From positions 62,001 to 84,673 of the forward strand of contig WELA01001243.1 in NCBI GenBank assembly GCA_009602735.1: a DNA stretch of 22,673 bases, read 5' to 3'. The stretch's first letter is position 1; the number at the start of each line of letters is the position of its first letter. The DNA comes from Mesotaenium endlicherianum. Lineage: Eukaryota. Under the pieces are notes generated by a model. The model had not been told where the DNA came from and did not search any database. It was given only the letters and a program-made list of their open reading frames with translations. This document shows positions 1-9,076 of this stretch, piece after piece. The position numbers and the translations under genes are program-made.

Positions 1-1
1 C

Positions 2-1368
2 ACACACTTCAAGGAGTATCTGTGGGGAAGACCCTTCACGCTGATCACGGATCACTCACCATTACTATGGCTGATGAAAAATGGAGACCTCACTGGTAAG
101 TTGGCTCGCTGGGCTCTTAAGCTGCAGGAGTACCAAATGACGGTGGTGCACAGAGCAGGAGTGCTCAACAACGACGCCAATGGACTCAGCAGGAACCCAG
201 ACCCATCTTCAGACGACAGAACAGGAGCTCGAGAGGACGAAGACCCGAGCAGCCCAGCAGAGTTGGTGGCCTGCCTAGCCGAAATGGCTGGAATGGTAGC
301 ATCAGGCGAAGCTGAGCCACGACCCCTGTTCACTCCAGAGATCTGGAAAGATCAAGCTACTATGCACTGGCTGAAGACGGTAACTCACTTGGAAGGGCTA
401 TCAGTGAAGGAGAAGAACCAGGTTAGCCATCGAGCTAAAAGGTTCTGCTGGAAACGCAACAACCTCTTCAATATTAAAGAAACTGGTAAGGAGAAGTTAG
501 TGCCAGAATCCATCAGGAGACGAGTTCTTGTGCAGGAAATGCACGAGAACACTGGACACTATGGTGTCAAGATGACGTATGGTCTTTTGGAGCTGTCTTA
601 CTGGTGGAGGGGCATGAAGGAGCAGTATGAAGATGTGATCAAGGCCTGCCAAAGCTGTGATAGCGTCAAGGCTGGTTTTACGCAGCAACATCCACACTTG
701 CAATATTTGCCAATCATGGGCCTAGACTACTGCTGGAGCTGCGATCTCGCAGATTTAGCAAGCAGGCTGCCTTGGCGAATTACTCGCCAAATCAAATAAT
801 GTTTGGCAGAAGTCCAATAGTGCCCAGCAGTATCAAGCAAGAGATTGAACAGGTGAAAGACCTGGACAGCCCTGATGAACTGCTAAAGGTGATGGAACGC
901 CGTAAGGCGTTATTTGAGCGCATAATGCCGGTTGCGCTGGACAATCTGAAAATCGTGCAGAAAAGAGATACGCATCGTCACACCAGGACGCGAGACGGGA
1001 GCTACCGCCTGTAGTTGACGCAGATTCAAGAAGGAGACTTCGTCTACCGCAAGCGCCAATGGTTCAACAATGGTGTGTTAAAGCAGGAAGGTTTTGATGG
1101 TAAAACCATGAGAGACCACGTGCAGAATTGCTCGCTATGCCATTTGCCGAATATTGATCCTACGCTTAGGGTTGTGCCCGAGAAATTGGTGCCAGCCACG
1201 CCTTGTGCCAGCTGCAAAGTGCTGAATGATCAAGAAGCAATAATAACTTGCGATAAGTGTGGTGCCCGTTGGCACACTTTCTGCATTGGCGAGGAAGAGA
1301 TTATGGCAGGACATTGGGAATGTCCTGACTACCTTTCTAAACCCCCTAGCCGCAGGGCTGGAAAATAA
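2..1368 (+). pseudogene. Disrupted pol: RNase H C-terminus, integrase with deleted catalytic core, C-terminal PHD finger
   Basis: ORFs 74-799, 772-1014 and 1015-1368 are collinear pol pieces. Near 750, WSCDLA jumps with a frameshift to RFSKQAALANYSPNQIMFGR, so the rest of the DDE core is absent. In-frame TAG at 1012-1014. PHD-like CASC...CDKC...HTFC...WECPDY at ~1204-1332, last Cys replaced by Tyr. Confidence 0.88.
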
Positions 1369-1403
1369 TAGCTTTTTGCAAAAAAGGCAGGGACGCCTCA
1401 GCT

Positions 1404-1415
1404 GAAAGGGAGGGG
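1404..1415 (+). other. Polypurine tract of the PHD-Gypsy element
   Basis: GAAAGGGAGGGG, 35 bp after the pol stop and immediately followed by TGTAAG. Confidence 0.75.
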
Positions 1416-1584
1416 TGTAAGAGGAATTAAGGCAAGGCAAGTATTATTTAAATTTTCTGCTAAGTCTTAGAATGAGCAGATGGTGAGAGCTGGGTGAAGG
1501 AGAACATTGCTATGAGTGTTGGTCATGGTTGCATGGTGCAAGTTCAGGAGCCCAGGGATGGGTTAACCTTGGTAAGGCTTGTCA
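1416..1584 (+). repeat. Probable 3' LTR of the PHD-Gypsy element (end uncertain: CTTGTCA at 1584 or TCGACA at 1590)
   Basis: Starts with TG right after the PPT. Composition switches to a CACGTG/TGCA-rich repeat at ~1585-1590. The partner LTR is outside the window. Confidence 0.45.
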
Positions 1585-1716
1585 TCGACACACGTGCAAA
1601 GGTCAATCGACCATGTTTGCCCACACGTGAGGAGGGCCACCGACACATCGACCAGGTCGAAGGCACACGTGCTGGAAGGCTACGCACGTGCTAAGGGACC
1701 GACACTTTAGGCACGA

Positions 1717-1965
1717 CAACATGTGCATATGTGGTGGGGAACAAGCTTGTGCCAATTTGCGCTTTTGTGTTGCTTGCATGGGTGCACGCGTGCATGCAAG
1801 CATTTACACATGGTATATCCATAATAAGGTGTCAAGGACGTGTAAGAGCATAGAAAGATAATGAAAGTGTACGCTCAACCACATGCTTGGGTCTGTGGGT
1901 GCATGCGTGAATGCGAGCAAGCATTTGTGTTATGCATGCATGTGCAATTTTAGCGTGCGGCATGT
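1717..1965 (-). repeat. TGCA/CATG-rich dispersed repeat X, inverted copy of ~13597-13847
   Basis: Reverse complement aligns by eye with 13597-13847, e.g. aaattggcacaagcttgttccccaccacatatgcacatgtt vs aaattggcacatgcttgtttcccacctcatatgcacatgtt. Confidence 0.8.
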
Positions 1966-2483
1966 GGGCGCGTATCGTATGTATGAAAGTGCAAAGGTGG
2001 CCAAGAAATGATGTCTGCACGCGAATGCACAACAATTACGCCAAGAAGCTGGTTTTGACTCGCGCAACGCATTTAAATCAACCTACATGAAGAAAGTAGC
2101 CAGTTTGCACGTATCTGTACCTTGTGTTCATAACCATGCATGCAGTATGATGCCCGCAAGCATGATGCACTCAAGCAGGCATGCTTGAGTGTGTTCCAAT
2201 GATATTTTACATACGCCTAAGAGTCGTGTGACATGCATCGTTTGGATGGGCTTGAGCCTTTGAAGTCGTATCTATGGAAAAAATGGTCTAAGTGTTTCAA
2301 TGTAATTCAATTAGTATTCACAAAATTAACACGCATGAGAAAATTGAAGTGAACATTGCAACTAGTTATTATGTTTCACAGCACAACTGACATGTCTTGG
2401 TTTTCATAATATAAGACATAGAGCGACACCAGTTTGTCTTACTTTGCCACACCAAATAAACGATCATTAACTTCCATAATTGT

Positions 2484-2487
<4 letters not shown>

Positions 2488-2551
<64 letters not shown>

Positions 2552-2604
2552 TCTCTCTCTCTCTCCCTCCCTCTCTCTCTCTCCCTCCTTCTCTCCCCCT
2601 CCCT
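2488..2604. repeat. (CT)n microsatellite, degenerate at its 3' end
   Basis: Directly visible. Confidence 0.97.
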
Positions 2605-2949
2605 CGCACGAGGACCCTCTGGAGGAGCAGGGCACAGGCCTGGACCAGATGCCTGTCCTGCGCGCGCTGGAAGAGGGAGAGCGCGGAAGAAGCTCCCTCG
2701 CTCGCACGCTTCACACCAAGTGCAAGGATGAGGAGGGGACGCCGCAAGCGGTGGATGGCGACCCAGCGCCTCCCCCGCTTGCTCCCCCCCTCCCCCACTC
2801 ACTCGCTCGCTGCCCCGCCGCTCGCTCGCTTGCAAGATGAGAAACTCGGCAAGCGGAACCGCCGCAGACTCACGCGCGCGTGCACACACGCCCTCCGCCG
2901 ATACTTTCACGGATTTGACGGTCAGACCCGCGCACATGCGACACTGCGN

Positions 2950-2986
<37 letters not shown>
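2950..2986. repeat. (CT)n microsatellite next to an N at 2949
   Basis: Directly visible. Confidence 0.95.
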
Positions 2987-2989
<3 letters not shown>

Positions 2990-3139
2990 CACACACAATC
3001 TTATTTTGCCGTTCATTCAATATGTCTTACAGAGAGCTGTTTGTTAATGCTCCGTGTTGTACTCTTCCACGTAATAAATTAGTATTGCAGCAGATGTATT
3101 CATTCAATTTTAAATGGTATAGTTTTTTAAGTTATGTTT

Positions 3140-3760
3140 CCTCAACTTTAGTCAATGGTCTATTTGAGTGACTTGGCCGAGAGTAGTAGGCTGAAGTCCA
3201 CTGAAGCTAGCTTGCTATAATGATCCGCCGCACGGCCGGATGCGACGCGTGCGACACGTCGCGACTGCAACCAGAAGTGTTGGTTTAAATTGTATAAGTA
3301 CAATTTTCGCGCGCAAAGTACCTCGAGTTACCTTCTTGTTTGTATCGCTATTCTTGCTGACAAATTCTTTGGTTAGCTGATGTCCTACCGACGAGGTTCT
3401 CCTGGGGAGTCAGTGCCATTGCACTTGCTGTTAAACTGTAAACTCATTCCATGTACATATACTAGGTTTGCTGTCGAGTTCGATATTTGGAAACGAGGCT
3501 AGTTCTCTTACAGTCTTCGAACTACTGAGAAAATTTATGAATTGAAGGCTGCAAGCTATTTTACGAACTGCTTACTAACCTCGCTTATGTATGAGTGCAC
3601 TGATTCAATGATTGATGCTTGTTACTTGCATCTGATGATTGCCTACGCTATTTGCGTGGTCTTTTGCTGATGAAAGAAGTTAAACAGAAATCATCATTTA
3701 GATTATTTGTTGATATAAAGATCTTCCATTAGATTGATGTTCGCATATTGGTAAATCAAC
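3140..3760 (-). repeat. Repeat family Z, copy A (interrupted at ~3215-3360 by other sequence)
   Basis: Reverse complement contains aagcatcaatcattgaatcagt...tgtacatggaatgagttt...cgtcggtaggaca..ctaaccaaa and, beyond the interruption, gacttcagcc, all shared with copies B, D and E. Ends approximate. Confidence 0.75.
3287..3350 (+). repeat. Short repeat Y, inverted copy at 12861-12927
   Basis: aaattgtataagtacaatt..cgcgcg.aagtacctc..gttacctt..tgtttgtatcgcta matches the reverse complement of 12861-12927 (aaatttgtataagtacaatc..cgcgcg..aagtacctc..cttaccttt..gttcgtatcgcta). Confidence 0.8.
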
Positions 3761-3899
3761 TCATTTCATTCCACAATGTAGACCACCACTTCATCGAGCT
3801 CTATAGCCACGTGAAACTAAGTAAAAGTCTATCTTGTTTGAGTATTTACTAAGTTAGTCACGAGTATAATAAGGTGCTATCCGTAGATAAGATATCAAG

Positions 3900-4225
3900 T
3901 CGTTCAGAAAGGACTTTAATCTTGAACTTTCTGGAGTGGTAAAGGAAAAGCCTGGCCCTATTTGGGTGGATTATTATTTGGTGGTACGCTGTGTGAGTCA
4001 ATGCCTATAAACTGGACGTGTTATTTTGATACAAAGGTCAATGTGTCTACAATGTCTCTTTCTTGCAACCATACATCATATGTGACAAGTCCTATTTGTT
4101 CGTGATGCGGATGAATGTGAAGCTGACCAAAGGATCGTTAAAATAATTTATGAAATATTTGGTCCAATGGAAAGGCTATGCATCTTGGTTGTCGAGACAC
4201 TTGGAACTTTAGGGAAAAGCTGACG
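3900..4225 (+). pseudogene. Highly degenerate chromovirus integrase C-terminus (GPY/F region) plus chromodomain
   Basis: Translation across frameshifts gives KEKPGPIWVDYYLVV...NAYKLDV...VYNVSFLQPY, comparable to KLLPRWVGPFIV...VAYRLDLP...VFHVCLLKLF of the element at 10.8 kb. Then KYLVQWKGY (4153-4179) and DTW..EKLTNA, a chromodomain signature. Confidence 0.7.
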
Positions 4226-4249
4226 AACGCTGAAATGAAGCGACTTACC

Positions 4250-4830
4250 AATAGGCGATTAATAATTAATAAAGGATCTTTACATCAAGAAGTAATCTTT
4301 ATGGTATTTTCTGGTTACTTAGTAAACACCGAAAGACTCAAACAACTAGCATCAAAATACTAACGTGTCAAATGCAACTGCAAGTATACGAGCATCAATC
4401 ATGCAATCAGTAAACTCATACACAAGCAAGGCTAGAAGACAGTTCGTATCAATGGCTTCTCGCCTTGGATTAGATATCTCTCAGTAAGCGGTACAAAAGA
4501 GTTGGCCTTGATTTCGAATGCCAACCTCGTGAGCATGAGTTTACTGTTCAACGGCAAGTGCGATGGCACCGCCTACCTGGGAGTTAACCACGTCGGTAGG
4601 ACCTCGACTAACCAAATTCACAGCCATCTCCCATCATCCCAAATCGCCATCCATCCAAGGGAGTGCTCTAGCCATTCATCTAGCATATCACACTTAGATG
4701 CATTTGTAGGCAGTTCACTGATACCGCGTACGGCAGTCAGTCAATTGTCAAAGAATGTGTCAGCAAGGTGACCTAAGTTGACTTCAACCTGCTGCCCTCG
4801 GCTAAGTCAATATGTTGAATTTAACTAGAA
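4250..4830 (+). repeat. Repeat family Z, copy B
   Basis: Shares gcatcaatcatgcaatcagt, atgagtttactgttcaacggcaagtgcgatggcac, cgtcggtaggac and gacttcaacctgc with the other copies. Closest to copy E. Confidence 0.8.
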
Positions 4831-4959
4831 GTCCAGCAGTCTTAATATTAACTAAAGTTCAGCAGATTGAACTTTATCAACTAGTATATTCAAATGAATA
4901 TTATATCTAGCTATATACTGATTCATTATAAACGCTAAGGACACTCTTTGAAATGAATC

Positions 4960-5400
4960 GACTTATTGATTAATGAGTAACAATCAAATTAAGATTTTTA
5001 TGTGAGCAAGTAATTAAGTAATTTTTATGTTGTGTTCTAATTTGCCTATCAAACACTACAAATAGCATAAGCAAATCTTAACAGTCAAAAGCAATTAAAC
5101 AAGCATCAATCATGCAACTGATAGACTTATAGGTAGAATAATTCAGTTACTTGTGTAACGGCTTGCAACCTTGGATTCACATAGAATATGAGTAGTTTGT
5201 TTAGAAAGTCGGCCTTGTTTTTTATTGCCGAACATGATGGCAAACCCATCATTTGTACATGGAACGAGTTTCCTTTTCAACTGACATGCGTTGACACCGC
5301 TAACTTGGGTGTTAACTTCGTTCGTATCAGATTGGCTATCCAAATCCACAACCATCTTCTATCATTCCAATTTGCCATTGATTGGCTTCTATGCCATTAT
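4960..5400 (+). repeat. Repeat family Z, copy C (most diverged)
   Basis: aagcatcaatcatgcaac, taacggcttgcaaccttg, tgtacatggaacgagttt and ccaaatccacaaccatct occur in the same order as in copies B and D. Confidence 0.7.
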
Positions 5401-5489
5401 CAAATTTGCTGCTCTAAAAGCTGTGTCATATTGGATACTGTTTTTGTGCTCTAAAATGCGCGTTAGATTCATCCTTACCACACTGAAAT

Positions 5490-5949
5490 AAATCAATTCA
5501 CCAATTAAGCGATCATCTATAAAGCAAAAGATCTTCATATCAACAAGTAGTTGTTATTGGTGTTTCTACTTACTTCATTAAATAACAATTCATAAACTAT
5601 ATAGCTTAAGCAAATCTTACAAGTCAAATGCAATTAACGTGCACCAGTCATGCAATCAGTAACTCATACATAAGCAAGGTTAGTAAGCAAATCGTCTAAC
5701 GGCTTGCAGCTTTGACTTTAGACATCTTCTCAGTATTATGTACAGAGAATAGGCCTCGTTTTCGAATGTCAAACTTGATAGCAAATCTAATATATGTACA
5801 TGGAATGAGTAACTGTTCAACGACAAATGCGATGGCACTGCCTACCCGGGAGTTAACCTCGTCGGTAGGACATCTACTAACCAAATTCACAGTTATCTCC
5901 CATTATCTCAAATCGCCAGCAGCCTAAGGCGTCACCTAGCTATTCATGT
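5490..5949 (+). repeat. Repeat family Z, copy D, 5' part (split by the chromovirus; continues at 12342-12452)
   Basis: Removing the element and one TSD restores agctattcatgt|ggcatatcaca, matching copy B agccattcatctagcatatcaca. Confidence 0.85.
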
Positions 5950-6892
5950 TGTAACGATCCGAGCTATTTTAGGCGTATTTGGGACGTTTTCCCAATTACC
6001 TAAAGTACGTTATACTATTTATCATATTATTTGATAAATGATTGCATCATATTCAATTATTCCCACACGTGTGTGCCGATTAATTCCTGGTCGATTGGCG
6101 AAACGACCGAGATACTATTGCAAAAAGCATCGTAATGTAACTCGACTACTTCGCAAAAGTACGACATAATTATTCATAAAGTTACTTTGATTAAATTATG
6201 AGATGATAACTTATTAAATCATTGATTGATTAAGTTGATTTGATTGTCATTATTTCGACATTGCACAATCACAGATTTCGAATTTACGACCAGTCGTTAA
6301 TACGAACAAACCGTCGTATCAAGATACGAACAAACCGTCGTGAAGACAAACGACACGAAATATGCAAAGTCGCTTTGCATCGACGCGGATTCGACCCCGC
6401 GACTTGTCGTTTGAAACGTTCACACCTAAACCAATTGGCCAAGTAGTTATTCGCAACTCCTGGTTCATGACGTAATTACTTGAACGCGACTCCGCGAACA
6501 GTCGCGACTTTTCGAAAAGTCGCGAGAACGCGAAAACGCCCGTTTGGCGCGAACCGGTTTTCTGAAAACCATTGAAAAGTCTCCAAACCGCCAAACGGCG
6601 CGTTTCGAGCATTTGGCCGAATGGGACACGTCCCTTCGACCGTTTTCGTTGAACATGAACCACTGCCCTAGGTGGTGACTCGAAGCACTCCAGTGCCTCA
6701 TGTTGTGCAGGTATAAATACCTGTAGAGTCATTGTGAGTGCAACTCTCACAAGCACACATTCTACGTTAGTTTACATTTTCGCTCTTTCGTGTATTCATC
6801 GATTTGCACAATTATACAGATTTCCCTTCCACTCGATTTAAATATTCCTTGAATACCGAGGAAAGATCCTCTTGAAAAGCAGAAACGTAACA
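5950..6892 (+). repeat. 5' LTR
   Basis: TG...CA termini. Direct repeat of 11394-12336 with about 28 substitutions and two 1-bp indels by manual comparison. Confidence 0.97.
6712..6719 (+). promoter_or_regulatory. Putative LTR TATA box (TATAAATA) inside the palindrome CAGGTAT-AA-ATACCTG
   Basis: About 175 bp before the LTR end, identical in the 3' LTR, position typical of the U3/R region. Confidence 0.55.
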
Positions 6893-6893
6893 T

Positions 6894-6906
6894 TGGTATC
6901 GGAGCC
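6894..6906 (+). other. Primer binding site complementary to initiator tRNA-Met
   Basis: TGGTATCGGAGCC one base after the 5' LTR. Canonical plant iMet PBS is TGGTATCAGAGC; the A>G change would pair as G:U. Confidence 0.88.
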
Positions 6907-7048
6907 GATCTCGATTTCTCCAAGGAAATTTTTAAAATTTTTTTTAGTGGCCAGAAAATCTGTTGGATTTTCTGCCGGAGTCTGTCGTCGAATCTAACCG
7001 CTTTCTTGATTTTGTGTGGACTCGCCCTCGATTCATTTCTGGTTCGCG

Positions 7049-7693
7049 ATGACTCGCGGCCGTCGGATCGAAATCATCTACATCGACGACGATTCACCCC
7101 GCCGGCCTCGCGTCTCGCTGCGTGTTGCCTCGGCGCCGACTCGGCCGTCGCCGACTTATTCGCCGATGGCTCCGCCCGGCTCGCAGCGCTCATCACCCGT
7201 CGATCTTCGATCGTACGAGATATTGTCGCCGGAAGGCTCGTCACCCACACCTCCCACCCACGCCGAACTTCGGAACACCACACCCGAACCTACCCGCTCT
7301 CGTTCTCCACGCGGCCGAACACCGTGGCCTCGTGCGCCCCGTGAACGGCCGGATGTCATTGATTCCTTGCCGTTTTCTAAACATGAGCACTACTACCACA
7401 TGTGGAATGATTAGGGGCATTGGATGGAATTGCGCGACCAACCCACCCTAGAGAACTATCAAAATGTGTATAGCCCTCGGTTCCGCAACCGCTCGGGTTT
7501 TGTTCGTCCGCCCATGCCCGTTCGGGGATACACCACATATCGTGGGTATGTTGATTACATGTGGTCTACCCACCGTGTTAGTCTTTCAGAGCATCTCTTT
7601 GACAGAAATTTGTATCGTGATCGGTCAGGCGACCATTATTGCAGCCATTGCATAAATGCTAGCGTCGATTATATTCGCTGCCCTTATTTGTGA
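7049..7693 (+). pseudogene. Unassigned ORF in the gag position (215 codons, one internal TAG at 7412-7414); Pro/Ser/Arg-rich N-half, Tyr/His/Cys-rich C-half
   Basis: ORFs 7016-7414 and 7424-7693 are in one frame separated by a single stop. ATG at 7049. No gag CX2CX4HX4C knuckle or major homology region is recognisable. Confidence 0.5.
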
Positions 7694-7714
7694 TAAATAG
7701 CTATTGTTTAGCTA

Positions 7715-9076
7715 TTGACAACACGACTTAGTGAGCAGGAAATTCTAGGTGTTTGTTCGCAAGCACCAAAGGTACTTGTACACTCTGGCATACCCGATAT
7801 AAATATAATTCGAAACGAATATATTTGTATGCAAGTGTTGAGCTTTGCCGAGTTTTTGGAACTCGAGTGCATCCATGATTGCATGTTCTTGCACTTTCAG
7901 CCGCATAATCCTAACCTTGCAAAGTGTTACGCACACTTGGCTCATTTAAGGAGAATGCACATGTGCCTTGCACCAATATATATTGCTGCATTCGCAAAAC
8001 GACGCGCGTACGATGAGCCTTTCACTCAATCTCGCGCGGGATTGGCAATGCAAAATGGGATTTTGGTAAAGGACCTCCATATTTCCCACATTCCTCTTAA
8101 GGCGAGGACATTGCTAGTGATGCATAATGCTTCTTTGGGGCTAAGTATGACGTTTGACGCAAAAGTTTCAGGCAAGTCATGCTTCACCATCATTGATTCA
8201 GGCGCGTCAGTGAGCTTCATTAGTGCACGTTTTGCACAAGGGATGAAGTTGATTCCAACACTCAAGAACGAGGACCTTCGACTTGGCGATGGTTCCTTAG
8301 CTTGTACTCTTGGAAAGATAAAGTTGCAGCTCAAAGTGCAATCATACATCGGCCACGAACAATTCTATGTTACTAAGTTGCCCGAGGGTATTGATGCAAT
8401 TTTGGGAACAACTTGGCTTACGCAAACAAGTGCATTGCTTGACTTCAGTCAAAAGACATGCATTGTACGCAAAGGGACAAGGAAGATCACTCTTCAATCC
8501 CTAAAGCCCGATATGGAATTAGAAAGTCCCTCCAAAACTCTTCTATTGTCCATAAAGCAAGCTAGACGTTTGGCAAAGAAAGGTCAAAATGTTTTCTTTG
8601 GATTACTACGACCTGATTCCCAAGTCACTAAGCTCTCCAAGGAGGAGCCTACACTCAATTTGACTGGTCATGAAGACACACTTACAGCTGAACTTTCTGC
8701 TCTTTTGCAAAAGTACAAGTCAGTGTTTCCAAGTGAAATACCGCCTGGCCTCCCGCCTGATAGGGGTATTGGACGTACGATTTCTCTCGTTCCTTATGCT
8801 CTACCAACTTGGCGACCAATTTATCGCCTCAGCCCGTTGGAGATGAACAAAATGATAGCCCAAATTAGCGATTTGCTTGAGAAAGGATGGATTGAGCGGA
8901 GCTCTTCTCCATTTGGGGCCCCCATACTCTTTGTCCAAAAGAAAGATGGGACGCTCAGGATGTGCATTGATTATCGTGCGCTGAACAACATAACGGTCAA
9001 GAACGGCTATTCGTTGCCTCGCACTGATGACTTGTTTGATTCGCTGCAGGGGGCATACGTGTTCTCCTCGGAATGA
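7715..9076 (+). pseudogene. pol part 1: aspartic protease and N-terminal part of reverse transcriptase
   Basis: IIDSGAS...DAILGTTWL (retropepsin), then [32 protein letters not shown]...[18 protein letters not shown]. Breaks off before the LDL and YxDD motifs. Confidence 0.93.

Larger units (their letters stand above)
1..1590 (+). mobile_element. Ty3/Gypsy LTR retrotransposon, 3' portion (RNase H end, integrase, PHD finger, PPT, probable 3' LTR); decayed and cut by the window start
   Basis: Frame from base 2 reads HFKEYLWGRPFTLITDHSPLLWL...GKLARWALKLQEY...NDANGLSR (Gypsy RNase H C-terminus), followed by an integrase HHCC zinc finger (HENTGHYG...CQSC). A PPT at 1404-1415 is followed directly by TG at 1416. 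Right boundary approximate. Confidence 0.88.

Noticed and set aside
2434..3171. ORFs with (LS)n or (RE)n runs, likewise at 13179-13554
   Set aside because: Artefacts of stop-free CT/GA microsatellites; some cross an N.
3207..3241. Canonical Helitron 3' end (hairpin plus CTAG on the minus strand)
   Set aside because: The CTAG aligns with repeat Z sequence (caagcta...gacttcagcc) and is followed by C, not the T expected from an A|T target.
6376..6448. Functional tRNA gene in the LTR
   Set aside because: Acceptor and anticodon stems do not pair. Kept only as a promoter-like finding.
6240..6756. ORFs inside the LTRs, repeated at 11685-12200
   Set aside because: They recur only because the LTR is duplicated. 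A 1-bp indel changes the minus-strand frames between LTRs and no protein motif is recognisable.
7412..7420. Programmed stop-codon readthrough at the TAG
   Set aside because: Context TAG GGG CAT lacks the CARYYA readthrough motif, and three more stops (7691-7711) separate this frame from pol. A point mutation is simpler.
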